Below, one piece after another: positions 1 through 15,224 of a stretch of 64,000 nucleotides of DNA (positions within the stretch are counted from its first letter, which is position 1; each line of letters opens with the position of its first letter). The translations under genes and the position numbers were made by a program. This DNA is from Octopus vulgaris (taxonomy: Eukaryota). Where the stretch lies: positions 145,080,001-145,144,000 of the forward strand of contig OX597815.1 in NCBI GenBank assembly GCA_951406725.2, given 5' to 3'. The notes beneath the pieces were generated by a model that saw nothing but the letters and a program-made list of their open reading frames with translations, searched no databases and was not told the origin of the DNA.

Positions 1-742
1 GTTGTAGTTTTTGATTGGCGACAAGGACAGTGAATACTTGACATTACGAACAGGAAATGCCCCCCCCCCCCAATAAATAAAACCAAGTGAAATTACTTTT
101 TCGAAATTCAACGATCGTTATCGCAAAAGAGTATGAAATGGCTGCTCCCTTGAGGGAACAAGGAGGGATTGTTTTAAGAGGATTATTATGCTTGGTTAAA
201 CGTCCATAGAAAGGGTTGAATGACGTAAGTTTGCATTATTCAAAACATTTAGGTGACATCTGGTGATATTAATCTTTTAATGAAGCTTGTTTTATATCTT
301 GTTTTACTATAGGAGTAATTTTCCTTTCTTTCTCTGTGAACAGTCACCGAATAAAAAAAGAAAGAAAAAATATTTGAGTCTTTATGTATCGTTTATCTAA
401 AATATTATGTATAGCATCCACTTGAGGATTTCTTTCGTGTTTTGGGTTTCAAAAGTGAGTTGGCAGTTTTGAATTAAAGTTATTAACAAATCTTAAGAGA
501 CGACTGATAGCAGAATTGGTGCTGCCAATAGTCTCTCCACAACACAATTGCTGCGGTCCTTCATGGTTTGTTCGTCAATAGGATGTGGTTCGTTCAATGT
601 TGACTTCATTTTGTTTGTGCTAGAGTCAATCCGGAACATGAAATAATCAAAAACGAAAATCTTCATTGCTTATTCTTGCCATGCAAGAGTTTTCCTTCTT
701 CGCAACTGCAAATTCTTCCATCACGCATTATTAAAAATGCTG

Positions 743-960
743 AAGGCGGCGAGCTGGCAGAATCGTTAGCACGCCGGGCTAAATGCATAGCAGTATTTTG
801 TCTGTCTTTACGTTCTGAGTTCAAATTCCGCCGAGGTCGACCTTGCCTTTCATCCTTTCTGGGTCAATAAATTAAGTACCAATTTGCGTACTGGGGTCGA
901 TCTAATCGATTGCCCCCCACCCCGCAAAATTTCGGGCCTTGTACCTAGAATAGAAAAGAT
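743..960 (+). mobile_element. tRNA-derived SINE family A (Nin-domain-like)
   Basis: Head aaggcggcgagctggcagaatcg, B-box gagttcaaattcc, core gcctttcatccttt..gggtc. Other copies at about 3864, 4351, 6914, 33388 and 41938 (+), and 26395-26786, 42885-43336 and 60095-60463 (-). Confidence 0.85.
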
Positions 961-2697
961 TATTAAAAATGCTGTATACCAATGTGTGAAATGCACCAAA
1001 GTCATTAAAACTGTTCAATGTTAAGTGTAGTTTCGATTCTGCCACAAAACAACTTTCTTTCATTCAATTTTTACGATTTCCTTTTAATGAAATATCAAAA
1101 TTAGTTTTATTTATTTAAAATTTGAATCACAATATAATTCCAAGGAAACAAAGAAAGAGAAAAACGGGGTAGATTAAGACGCAGAAGATGTGGGGAGGGA
1201 ATAAATCCCAAAACAAATGGCATGTTCAGCTGCACCCTGAGGACATAACCGCAATGGCGTTGCCGCAGAGAATGGCCAGCAACATTCGCTACAGCAGCCA
1301 CCCCACCTTGCGAAGCTCATTTCTCAGACGAGGTGCAGAGATTTTGTGTCCCTCGTCGTCTTGTTACGTAACTCTTCACCAGCCATTCCATATAAATGAC
1401 TGTTTTGTCAATGGAGAAGTTTTTCCATTATTTTGTAGCATTTTAAGCCAATCAAGCGTCTAATTCTTAAAATACCAAAAGCGGCTCAAATTCAGTTTAT
1501 TTAATCACACATAAAACTGCTAAGTGATATTTACTCTTCAAATTCTTTTCCTGACTAGGGTCGGAAACAGTTTTTCTTCCACTGTAAACATGGCATGTAT
1601 TCACTATGCTAAGAGATCAACTCTAAATTTTATGCCCCAGGAAACAGCTCGAGGTATTTATGTCCATGGATCTAGTCTCAGCTCGTTACACAAACCAAAA
1701 AACTCTCATCAAGAAAGACATCCTGCAACACTCGAATTAATCTCAAAAGCTCTAGACTCAGAACTAAATCAATACGGCCTCATGGTTGCTGTACAATTAT
1801 AAAAACTCAAATGCTTCCGTTATTTACCCAAACACGGAATGTCTTGCAAGTTTTGAGTCGAAGTAACCTCAGACATTACAAAGTTTAGAATGACCAGTTT
1901 TTCCTGACCGTTAACCCACATCACTATCTTCAGTTACAGTAATTCCCCACAAGCAATTTCTTTTTATTGTAATGGCCAGGGAATGGTCTTGAGTGCCTAA
2001 GACCACAACACAGCAAAGGCGCTTGACAGGAATCAGGCATTGTTCTCTTAGCTTCACTTATACCATTCATCAATATCCGTAATTCCCGGCGAATAATTCT
2101 AAAGCCATTTTCAAGATCGATATTTCAAACGGTTTTAATTGATTCGGTGAAGACGCGTGGCCTCGTAGCCTCGTGGTTAAGCGATTCCACTTATAATCGC
2201 CTCGTAGCCACATGGTTAAGCTATTCCGTTCACAATCGCAAGATTGATGTTTCGATCCCCGGAGCAGGCGATGCATTGTGTTCTTGAGCTAAATATTTCA
2301 TTTCAAGTTGCTCCAGTCCACTCATCTGTAAATATGAACAACACTTCGACGGACTCGTGTCCAATTGCTCCAGGAAAAACGTGGTAACCGATCCTAGGAG
2401 CCCAAGGACTCGAGACATTACTTTTAATTGATTCGTCTCAAAGACTGTCTCTCAGATATACATTTATTCATCCAGGATCGCCTTCTTGTCTGTTATTCAG
2501 ATTGAATCGTACATCTTCTGAATTGCTTTAGCATTTGATGGTGCTGGGAGATGAGTGCCAACTGGGCTGGTTGCTCCGTACGTTGACGGTGCAGCGCCTC
2601 TCCCTAAACAATATGGTTGGTGTTATTGTTGTTTGGCCCAGATCCACTCATGAGTTTTTGTGTTGTATATGTGTGTATAAATATGTACAAATTAATG

Positions 2698-2782
<85 letters not shown>

Positions 2783-2915
2783 ATATCTATCTATCTATCT
2801 ATCTATCCAATTGAGTGAAACCTTGGCCATGTCTCTTCTACAATACCCTCGGGCTGACCAAAACTCATGAGTGGAATTTGTAGACGGAAACTGAAAGAAA
2901 CCTGTCGTGTACGTG

Positions 2916-2969
<54 letters not shown>

Positions 2970-3117
2970 TATAGTAAATCCCCCCCCCCGAAAAAAACGA
3001 AGAACAGACACAATAAAAACAACGTGAAGACGTGGTACATGTAACGTATTAGCAGACGCTCAGGGAAGGAAAGAAAGATGAGTGGATTTGATAGACGGAA
3101 GCTAAATGAAGCCAGTC

Positions 3118-3165
<48 letters not shown>

Positions 3166-4350
3166 GTTTGTGTGTTTGTGTTTGTCCTCTCCCCACCAAC
3201 ATCGCTTGACAACCAATACTGGTGTGTTTACATTGCTGTAACTTAGCGGTTCGGCAAAAGAACGATAGAATAAGTACTAGGTTTCTTACAAAGAATAAGT
3301 CCTGGGGTCGTCTATTTGTTCGACTAAAGACGGTGCTCCAGCATGGTCGCAGTCAAATGACTGAAACAAATAAAAAATAAAAATACATAAATAGAAAAAC
3401 TACTACGTCAGCCAAAATAAATAACTGATAACAAAATAAATAACAAAATAAATAAACAAATATCTAGAAACAGCTGCCTAATCCATTTTTAATTATATAA
3501 CCTCATCTAAAACATTACGAATACACACAATAAGAATCCCTTAATCCACCCTAATCTTTGTTTACACTTTTATACGCAAAACTCGTTCAATATATATTTC
3601 CTTGTCTGGTCATTAACTCACTTACTAACAATTTAACCTTAACCGTATATTAGATTTAACCTTATTTCATCGACCCCGAAAGGATAAAAGATAATGTCAA
3701 CCTCAGCGAGATTTGAATTCAAAAATGTAAAATATTAGTCACAAAAGGAATGGTTTCTTATTTAGGCAAAATAAAGGCCAGAAATTTCAAGGATAGAGAA
3801 CAGACGATCATTTCGACCCATGTACTTGACTGGTACTTTATTATATCAATCCTGGAGAGATGAAAGGCGGCGAGCTGGCAGAAACGTTAGCACGCCGGGC
3901 GAAATGCTTAGCAGTATTTCGTCTGCCGCTACGTTCTGAGTTCAAATTCCGCCGAGGTCGACTTTGCCTTTCATCGTTTCGGGGTCGATAAACTAAGTAT
4001 CAGTTGCGTACTGGGGTCGATCTAATTGACTTGTCCCCTCCTCCAAAATTTCGAGCTTTGTGCTTAAAGTAAAAAAGAATCCCGGAGAGACGAAAGGCTT
4101 AGTTGGCCTTGGCGAGATTTGAACTCACAACACAAAAATCCGGAAGAAATTCTGCCAATTCGGAGTCCTTAAAAACTTTGTAATTTAGGTAAAAGGCAGT
4201 GATCTGTGGAGCGGGGTCAGCGAATTAAATTGACCACATTGTTTGTTTGGTATATAGTTTATAGAATGAGGATGCGTCGTTTTTTTTTGTTTTTTTTACA
4301 GAAGACAGGCAAAATAATAGATTATTTTGAGCTTATGAAGTAAGTAAAAA

Positions 4351-4925
4351 CGGCGGCGAGCTGGTAGAAACGTTAGCACGCCGAGCAAAATGCTCAGCAG
4401 TATTTCGTCTGTCGCTACGTTCTGAGTTCAAATTCCGCCGAGGTCGACTTTGCCTTTCATCCTTTCGGAGTCGATTAAATAAGTACCAGTTACGCATTGG
4501 GGTCGATATAATCGACTTAATACGCTTGTCTGTCCTTGTTTGTCCTCTCTGTGTTTAGCCCCTTGTGGGTAGTAAAGAAATAGGTATTTCGTCTGCCGTT
4601 ACGTTCCGAGTTCAAATTCCGCCGAGGTCGACTTCGCCTTTCATCCTTTCGGGGTGGATAAATTAAGCACCAGTTACGCACTGGGGTTGATCTAATCAAC
4701 TTAATCCGCTTGTCTGTCCTTGTTTGTCCTCTCTGTGTTTAGCCCCTTGTGGGTAGTAAAGAAATAGGTATTTTGTCCGTCACTGCTTTTTGGGTTTAAA
4801 TTTGACCGAGGTCGACTTCGACTCTCATCTTTATCGGAGTCGATAAAATAAATACCACGGGGTTGATGTAATCAACTTATCTCTTCCCTCGAAATTGGTG
4901 GCCTCGTGCCAAAATTGGAAACCAG
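4351..4925 (+). mobile_element. SINE family A with internally triplicated body
   Basis: The segment gtatttcgtctg..gtaaagaaataggt repeats with a period of about 185 bp. Confidence 0.8.
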
Positions 4926-4959
4926 CAACAACAAAACAAAGGTGTCGATCTGACAAAAT

Positions 4960-6270
<1,311 letters not shown>

Positions 6271-6345
6271 GGTAAAGTTCTAGAGGAGTGAGATGTGATC
6301 ATTCCCTCCTCCTCCTCCTCCTCCTCCTCCTCCTCCTCCTCCTCC

Positions 6346-6386
<41 letters not shown>

Positions 6387-6387
6387 G

Positions 6388-6418
<31 letters not shown>

Positions 6419-6768
6419 CATCATCATCATCATCATTATTATTGAATGAGAGAGCAGTGCAGGCCATCAAAGTGACACTGGGGTACAAATATACGAAACT
6501 CAATATACACATAATGACTATCCGTCTGATAAGGGTACACCAGGCACATGCATCACAACCATGTGCGCGATATGTTGATCTCACATCAAGATAAATAGCG
6601 CATGACTTTGCAGGTGGGGGCCTAGTTAGAATTTTCTTTAGCTCGAGTAGCTCACCCCGCTTAGAAGGTCCCTGTTTAAGGATGTTGAACAAAAAACCCA
6701 TGTTTATCAAAGGTGAATAATTAAAAGCTCAAAGAATTCTCAACACATGGCTATGATGCTTCCCCTAC

Positions 6769-6910
<142 letters not shown>

Positions 6911-7338
6911 TTTAAGGTAGCGAGCTGGCAGAATCGCTACATCCTGAGTTTAAATTCCGTCGAGGTCGATTTTGCCTTTCATTCTTTCGGGGTCGATGAA
7001 ATAAGTACCAGTTAAACACTGGGGTCGATGTAATCGGCTTACCCCCTTACCCTTGTATTGTAATTTGAAATTATTATTATTATTGTAATAAAACACACAG
7101 CTTATTTTGCTGTGTATAATGGAAAGTGTCAGCTGTCCACAGCCAGCAGACTAAGGTGGCATTTGTTTACTGGTCATGCTTCAAGAAGCGAATTCTTCTT
7201 CTTCTTCTTCTTCTTCTTCTTCTTCTTCTTCTTCTTCTTCTTCTTCTTCTTCTTCTTCTTCTTCTTCTTCTTCTGCTGCTGCTGCTGCTGCCGCTGCTGC
7301 TGCTGCCGCTGCCGCTGCTGCTGCTGCTGCTGCTGCTG

Positions 7339-7398
<60 letters not shown>

Positions 7399-7696
7399 GT
7401 TGTTCTTCTCGTTCTTCTCATTCTTCTGTCTTCTTCTTCTTCTTCTTCTTCTTCTTCTTTCTGTTGTTGTCGTTGCTGTTGTTGTAGTCGAAGACATTAT
7501 TAGTGAGAGGTGTTAATCATTATCGATCCTACCTCTGTCCGTAATCAGATCAATATTGACGTATGTCTGTATACTTTACGTAGATAACAATGTTGAGAAT
7601 AATTTAACAAGAAATTTTGTCACTTTTATATTAACATTCACGAAAAACTAAACATGATTTTCTATAATGTTTTCTATCAATTTTTCGTTTTCACAG

Positions 7697-8059
7697 GGAG
7701 TCCATTTTTGAACGTCACCCAGTGTTACGGCATTAACACGCATCTCCTAGAAATAGAGTGCCAAAACCATAACGAAGAAGTCGTCTTGAATTCTTTGAAA
7801 CTTGGAAGTAAACAGCTCCAAACGAACTGTACGGAATCGAAATCAGATACAAACTTTTGTTGTCAATGGGATTCCGTGAATGATTGTTACTTTATTTACG
7901 GTCAACCTTTAACTCCGACGGACGAGAAATTCCGAAAATGTCATGGAAAATCCCAATGCTGGTTTATTGTTGACTGGGCCTTAAATATTGATAAATGTCC
8001 CACTTCAAGGTTTGGCATGACCACACAGTACATGACTGCAGAATATCTGTGCGCAAAAA
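7697..8059 (+). CDS. Internal exon of a type I membrane protein; divergent SUEL/rhamnose-binding-lectin-like domain
   Basis: Acceptor ttttcacag at 7696 and donor gtatgt at 8060, phase 1/1. Ten Cys with SUEL-like spacing: C..LEIEC..C..CC..C..CHGKSQC..DKC..QYMTAEYLC. Confidence 0.85.
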
Positions 8060-8084
8060 GTATGTAGGATTTCGCCTTCTATTT

Positions 8085-8328
8085 TATTCTTTTATTCTAT
8101 TATTCTTTTATTTGTTTCAGTCATTTGACCGCGGCCATGCTGGAGCACCGCCTTTAGTCGAGCAAATCGACCGCAGGACTTATTCTTTGTAAGCCTAGTA
8201 CTTATTCTATCGGTGTCTTTTGTCGAACTGCTAAGTTACAGGGACGTAAACACACCTGCATCGGCTGGCAAGCAATGGTGGGGGGACAAACAAAGACACA
8301 CGAACGCGCGCGCGCGCGCGCACACACA

Positions 8329-8371
<43 letters not shown>

Positions 8372-8544
8372 ACATATATACGACGGGTTTCTTTCAGTTT
8401 CCGTCTACCAAATCCACTCACAAGGATTTGATCGGCTCGAGGCTATAGTAGAAGACACTTTCCCAAGGTACCACGCAGTGGGACTGAACCCGGAACTATG
8501 TGGTTGGTAAGCATGCTATTTACCACACAGCCACTCCTACGCCT
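8085..8544 (-). mobile_element. tRNA-derived SINE family B with an internal (CA)/(TA) microsatellite
   Basis: Head aggcgtaggagtggctgtgtggtaa, B-box gggttcagtccc, tail (aaaga/ataaa)n. Other copies at about 2820-3380, 14165-14504, 27290-27757, 30840-31250, 45300-45475, 50170-50556, 57770-58145, 59444-59815 and 60680-60962. Confidence 0.85.
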
Positions 8545-9844
8545 ATTTATTTATATATTTATTTCATTTTTGAACCTGTTTTGCAATAATTTTGGTGTGT
8601 AAAGATCATAGAAATAGGAAGAAAAAGTTATGAAAATTTACTTAATAATAAAACTAAAATTGAAGTGAATTACAACCAATGCGTGTGGAAGTATTAGCAG
8701 TATGACCCTCCTAAATTACAACAATATTTAATTTAAAATAGGCACGCAGCTCAGAACGATCAAAATAACGTTATATACATTTATATGTAACCCGCTCCTG
8801 TACACTAAATTATGGTTGACGTTCGCTGCGATACTCTTGTTTCCGAGGAAAATTTCTCTTTACACATTTCGTGTGTAAAAACCCGTCGAGTCGAGTTCCG
8901 AATTTTGTTAGCAGATTGCCAGACACCTGTTTCGGCGGGATTGTGTCTCCTTAGCGATATACACCGTTTCAGTCGCAATTTCCGTTCCTTTATGTAAACA
9001 AGGAAAAATAAATTTACTGGAGTGTACTGAGTCTTTGCTAAGCTGTAATTTATTTATAATAGGCATGCAAAGCAGTGACTATCAAAATATCGATGTGCAC
9101 ATTTATATTTTGTATCCTTCGGTGCACCAGATTGTAGAAGGCGTTTTGATCTACTAGACCTCGTTAGTTTATTTGATCTGCTGACAAAAAATTTTACGTG
9201 TACGTCAAAGTCATATATCAGTAACAAGGAACTGCAGCCCCTCTCACAGTTTCCCTTCTTCACTCCTTTAAATATATCTACTTTCTCTATTACTCTTCAA
9301 ACTCCTTCACCCACCTTCAGCCATTCGTCCACATCTCTTTCTACATCAAGAATATATATCTTACTTTACTGTTCTCGCTGAATCCACCATCACAACTCTT
9401 CTCAATTATCACTCTCAATTCTCGCACTCATGTTGCTTGTGCATATATAGAAGCTTTTGAAGGTCATAGTTTCGCCCCTACACATATCCGCGACCGATTC
9501 ATAGACACTCCAAATACCCTTGATCTCTTTCTCCCCTCCAAACCTAACTTCTACCACCCCCAGATCATTATGATCAGTGTAACATCATCACACACCACTT
9601 CCTGCGTCATAGTCATACGGGCACTTCATGTCAGCTGACTGTGCGTTCCAATGACCCTGTCAGCTATCGTTTTATTGAACGCTCTTCCGGTATCTCAAAA
9701 AGGATTTCTTTCTTGTCCTGTCCTGCCCAGAAGGTGATGGTGAAAGGCTTTGATTGGAACACTTCTGTTTTGGACCCTTTATGTAGCTGATTGAGAGAGA
9801 AGAAAGAAGGGATAAAGAGAGGGATAGAGATAGGGGGACGGGGT

Positions 9845-9908
<64 letters not shown>

Positions 9909-10528
9909 AAGAGGTATAAAGACCTTACTGATCTCGAACCAGTTCCATTCAGTTCCTTTTGATTCACTTGACTCACTCCTTTTGTTGCACTTGACTCACG
10001 CCTCTCGTCGTCCATATTGTGTCCATTCTCAACCCAACCTCTGCTGAGTTTCCTCCCTCTGGAATTCCTTCCCTATGTCTTTTTCCTTTGTGGAGACGTG
10101 TGCTTAATGGTTAGGGCGTTGAACGTATGATCGTAAGATTGCAGTTTCGATTTCTGGACCATGTAACGCGTTGTGTTTTTGAGTAAGACACTTCATTTCT
10201 CGTTGCTCCAGTCCACTCAGCTGGCAAAAATGAGTAACCGTGCAACGGATTGGCGTCCCGTCCAGGAGTGAACATATACACCACTGAAACCAAGAAAACG
10301 GCCATATGGGTCTATATGACTCGGGAAGGAACTTATCTATGTTTTCCTGCAGCAATGTACAGATGGACGTAAGCAGCTCGACTTAACCATCAGTATAGAA
10401 GAAATTGCTGAAGCTATGGACACAATGTTTTCTTTCCTTTTCTCATATCAAACCGCTAAAAGAAATGGTAACCCTTTAAGTGAAAACAAAAGTATCGTTC
10501 TGAACTTGATGTATCTTTCTTTCCGCAG

Positions 10529-10888
10529 AACACGACATCATGGAAGTATGTTCTTCGACTGGTCCAGAAATGATATCTCGCCAGGGTAAACCAATTTATC
10601 TAAAATCTCCCGGATACCCTTACCTGAAGAAAGGGGCATGCAGGTGCAATATCCAGACAACAGGTCGTGTAAACCACCGGATCGAATTGAAAGCTATTAA
10701 TGCAGAAATTAATTACCCACAATCCTTGTTTGTTTTTGATGAATCCGATACGACAAATTACCCAATGAAAAATATCACGTATGAAATGAATTTAAAGGGT
10801 CTCGATACAATCTATGTAGCGGACGGCACAAAACCTGGTATTAGTTTGTGGTATTTGCCCCAAAGAGAATTTGCTTTCTACTTTGTAG
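10529..10888 (+). CDS. Internal exon of the same gene; CUB-like domain
   Basis: Acceptor tttctttccgcag at 10528 and donor gtaagt at 10889, phase 1/1, in frame with the previous exon. VCS..IYLKSPGYP..CRCNI resembles the CUB N-terminal C..SPxYP..C motif. Confidence 0.85.
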
Positions 10889-11160
10889 GTAAGTAGTCAG
10901 ATTAAACACTTATATATATGCTCTGGTTTAGTTTAACATTTTGACAAGATCGTTATCTATGTATACACACACATATACACAGAGATAATTAGTATAAATA
11001 TGATGAACAATAAAAAAAGGCCGACACAAGAAGAACAAAGTTCAATAAATAAGGTATTAAGCGTAACGCTTTAATGGAAAAAAAGAAAGTTATAACAAGA
11101 GTAGAAATTAATATTATTAAATAATATCAATATCAACTAGTGGTCAGCATGCTTAAAAGC

Positions 11161-11545
11161 GTCCGAAACGTTATAACTTTCTTTAAACATAAATAATATG
11201 AGAGGTCACTATATGGATCCCTTGTATGCTAAAAATAGACGTCAAACCGTCTTACAACTAAATCTGTGTTCTCAACTTATTAACACACTCGATGTTTACG
11301 AGCTAGACAAATGAAAAGAAATAAAAAGAAATAAGCATAGCATTTAATCAAGTGTTATATTTATTTATTTCCAAGTGTCTAGCTTGTAAACATCGGGTGT
11401 GTTAGTAAGTTGAGAACACAGATGTAGTGGTAAGACGGTTTGACGTCTATTTTTAGCATACAAGGGATCCATATAGTAACCTCTCATATTTTCTTATATT
11501 TAAAGAAAGTTATAACGTTTCGGACATTAATCCTTCATCATAAAC
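11161..11545. mobile_element. Fold-back element, Penelope-like pseudo-LTR remnant in an intron
   Basis: Inverted arms of about 150 bp at 11161-11309 and 11376-11525. A decayed HHR, (a)TGATGA-A-GGA..TCC-GAAACGTT, sits at the right end on minus. Confidence 0.6.
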
Positions 11546-12258
11546 GAGAACCGTAGAGGAGAGAGAAAGAGAAACGGTTAGTGAGAAAAGAAACGGATGA
11601 AAAGTTAGAAACCAGGTGATAATGCTGATAGGTGGGGAAGAGTTAAGACAGGAACGAAGGGTAAGTATATAAATGCATGTTTGAGGGGTGTACTTGTGTC
11701 TGGAGTCGGATATAAGGGGAAACGGTGTGTGTATTTTAGTGTGATGTGTAGATGTGTGCAAGTGTAGAAGTATAGAGACGTAGGTTAGTGCACGTGTGTG
11801 AAATCTTGATGCATGGGCGTGTGTGGGGGTGTAAATGTTAAGTACATAATTGGTATGAAATCGTGAATGTGAAGAGATGAGAGCGGATGCAAGCGTGAAC
11901 ACAAAAACATGATGCTTGGTGAAGCAAATGGGACGGCAAGAGAAATATGGAAGGTGGGACTGATGTGTGTGTGGTGCAAGTGTATTACAAAATTACTTTG
12001 TAATGAGCAACATTTTATATTTGGTGGAAGGTTTAAGCTAAAAGAGGAAAAATATAGAAAAGAGATAAATGTATGAATTTATACACACACAGACGCACAT
12101 ACACACACATATATAGATATAGGTGTGCAGATTGATATAGATGTAGATATATGCATATAGACATGTATATGTGTGCATATATACATATGCATATACATAC
12201 ACGGGCTTCTATAGATAGATATAGATGTAAATATGTGTATGTATATGTATATATATAA

Positions 12259-12389
<131 letters not shown>

Positions 12390-13408
12390 AACATGTGCGT
12401 ATACATGCACAGTGTTTCAGAAATTCCGGGTTGGTGTTCGGTGTGCTGGAAGACTACCGGGAGTGAGGGATCCCTTAGCTTTTATTAAAGTAATATCTCT
12501 AGCCGGAAATGCAGAGAATGGCATTGAACATTTTGTGGATCGTTTGTTTGTGCTTGAGATGATGGTGATCCCACATTCTTGGGTCTGCAAATCATATTGG
12601 ACCTCAAGTAGGAGGGCACTGCGGCGAACATGGAAGCTGCGAACCCGAACTTAGGTAAAGCCGACTGCTGGTGCAATAACCTTACGTATGGACAATAGTC
12701 AGTGGTGGTCTTCCTCGGTCACGATTGGACAACAATAATCAAATAAAAATGCACACACACACATACGTACATATATTAATTTATAAATTCTCATTGCCAT
12801 TAGTTAATTAACGGAATGCGTATTTGGCAGATAATTAATTTCTGTACACTATAATTAACAGTCACTGGCGAGTTGTTAATAAATGTTGAAACTACAAATA
12901 AACCAGGTGGTATGTCTGTGCCAGCGTTTGGTAATGATATCCAAAACTGTTCACGAGCAAAACAAACAGAAATGAATCGAAAATACAACGTATCTAATTT
13001 TAAACTGTGAACAAGAAATAGAAGACAGTTCAACGTTTTGGTCAGCGGTCGTTCGTCAAGAAAAAAAGCAAAGAACATAAAAGGATGGGCAAGTTCCACA
13101 AAAATAATGTTTTAGGATAAAAGTAATAAAACTACAAGTAATGTTAAAACCAATCAAATCGATTTTTTTTCTGGCCAAAGGGGAAAAAAATCAATAGCTT
13201 TATTACCACTTTTACTTTCCACCCTCAGACTAAATTACACTTCTATTAAACACACACAAACATATTTGATGCTGAGGTTTGAGTTGGTGTGTTTAATTTT
13301 GTTTTGTTCTGTATGTTATGTCATATTTTTCCTAATAAAAATGTATTTTACATGTCGTAATTTCATATTAAATTCTTGACATATTTCCTTTCAAACAAAT
13401 TTGTACAG

Positions 13409-13561
13409 TTAATTCATCGATCGAAACAACGATAAAGGTTTCCTGTTCACCTTTCAAGCGAGCAGAATTGTATTCCAAGATCGAACGTTCACGTTACCAA
13501 TTGATAGAATTACAGACATCGAAGAATCTATCAAACGTCGCCATGTTATTTAACATAGATT
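13409..13561 (+). CDS. Internal exon of the same gene; end of ectodomain/stalk (VNSSIETTIKVSCSPFKRAELYSKIERSRYQLIELQTSKNLSNVAMLFNID)
   Basis: Acceptor ttgtacag at 13408 and donor gtaagt at 13562, phase 1/1, 153 nt open frame. Absent from the ORF track. Confidence 0.75.
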
Positions 13562-14000
13562 GTAAGTAGAATTAACCAACTAATTAATTAAATTACCCAT
13601 TTATTGTGCTTGTGAAGATCGATCTGATACTTTCGTTTTGACGTTGAACATAGCAGTGACTCACGAGAACAACAGATGCGTTATATATATAATTATTTAT
13701 TCTTTTGCTTGTTTCAGTCATTTGAATGCGGTCATGCTGTAGTCAAATATATACACATATATACACATACAGTATATATATAGATTGTAAGTAGAATTAA
13801 CCAACTAATTAATTAAATTACCTATTTATTGTGCTTGTGAAGATCGATCTGATACTTTCGTTTTGAGGATGAACATAGCAGTGACTCACGAGAACAACAG
13901 ATGCGTTATATATATAATTATTTATTCTTTTGCTTGTTTCAGTCATTTGAATGCGGTCATGAATGTAGTCAAATATATACACATATATACACATACAGTA

Positions 14001-14004
<4 letters not shown>
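13555..14004 (+). repeat. 225-bp tandem duplication starting at the exon 3' boundary
   Basis: 13555-13779 is repeated from 13780 and includes the gtaagt donor. Confidence 0.9.
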
Positions 14005-14054
<50 letters not shown>

Positions 14055-14064
14055 AATGTATATA

Positions 14065-14116
<52 letters not shown>

Positions 14117-14501
14117 ATATATATACATATACATTAATGTATGTACGTATGTGTGCGTGTGTTTATTCTTTGTACGCCTAGTACTTATTCAATCGGTCTC
14201 TTTTTGCTGAACCGCTAATTTACGGGGTTGTAAACACACCAACATCGGTTGTAAAGCGATGGTGGAGGGGACAAACACAGATACAAATAACAAATAGCAA
14301 ACACACACACACATACAAATATATGTATGTATAGATATACGACAAGCTTCTTTCAGTTTCGGTCTACCAAATCCACTCACAAAGCTTTGGTCAGCTTGAG
14401 GCTAAACTAAGACGACACTTGCCCAAGGTGCCACGCAGTGGGACAGAACCCGGAGCCATGTGCTTGGGAAGCAAGCTTCTTATCAGACAGCCACTTCTAT
14501 G

Positions 14502-14554
<53 letters not shown>

Positions 14555-14599
14555 CACACACACACACATACATACGTAAATACACACACACATATATAT

Positions 14600-14682
<83 letters not shown>

Positions 14683-14864
14683 ATAATAATAAGGGTTTTT
14701 TGCAACAAGTTGCTTAAACCACACACCGAAAATATTAGAAATAGCAGTCAAAGGGCTACTATTTCTTTTACTACAAAAGTAAGTCCCCACAGACAACAGT
14801 ATTTGTAACTCACATATGATAATAGAAGAAGAAAAACAACGAAACCACACAGTCGACGGATTAA

Positions 14865-14920
14865 TTATGGACGCACGTTTCTGGATTAAAATCGTAAAGT
14901 TCCTTTCCTTATCAACATAA
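14865..14920 (-). ncRNA. Decayed hammerhead motif
   Basis: TTATG-ttgataa-GGA..TCC-A-GAAACGTGCGTC-CATAA. Perfect stem I, but the CUGAUGA box is mutated. Confidence 0.5.
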
Positions 14921-15178
14921 TATTTCCCATAAATCTAGAAATGCTAGGAAAAAACTTATCTTCTATATTTTCGACCAAGCGACATCGAAAGATACAAAAG
15001 TCCACTAGCATATCCACATTTATATAGACAAGCGAATTCGTATCTCCCTCCAAAATCTCACCACGTGAGTCACAAAACAGTAGTGCCGTGAGTTACAAAA
15101 CAGTACTGCCGAAACGAAGTTTCGTAGTTTTGTTGTGTGTGTGTGTGTGTGGGGGGGGGGGGGTAAAAGTATTTAATA

Positions 15179-15224
15179 CAGATAAAGGGTGAAATATAAT
15201 TAATTATATTTCACCCTTTATCTG
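15179..15224. repeat. Perfect 46-bp palindrome
   Basis: cagataaagggtgaaatataatt|aattatatttcaccctttatctg. Confidence 0.9.

Noticed and set aside
280-312. MKLVLYLVLL as the missing signal-peptide exon
   Set aside because: An in-frame TAG follows with no credible phase-1 donor.
4302-4339. Micro-exon between ttttacag and gtaagt
   Set aside because: The only open frame exits in phase 2, which is incompatible with the phase-1 lectin exon.
9050-10090. Possible antisense gene or LINE ORF1 in an intron
   Set aside because: No sustained reading frame or recognisable motif; probably an old TE, left unassigned.
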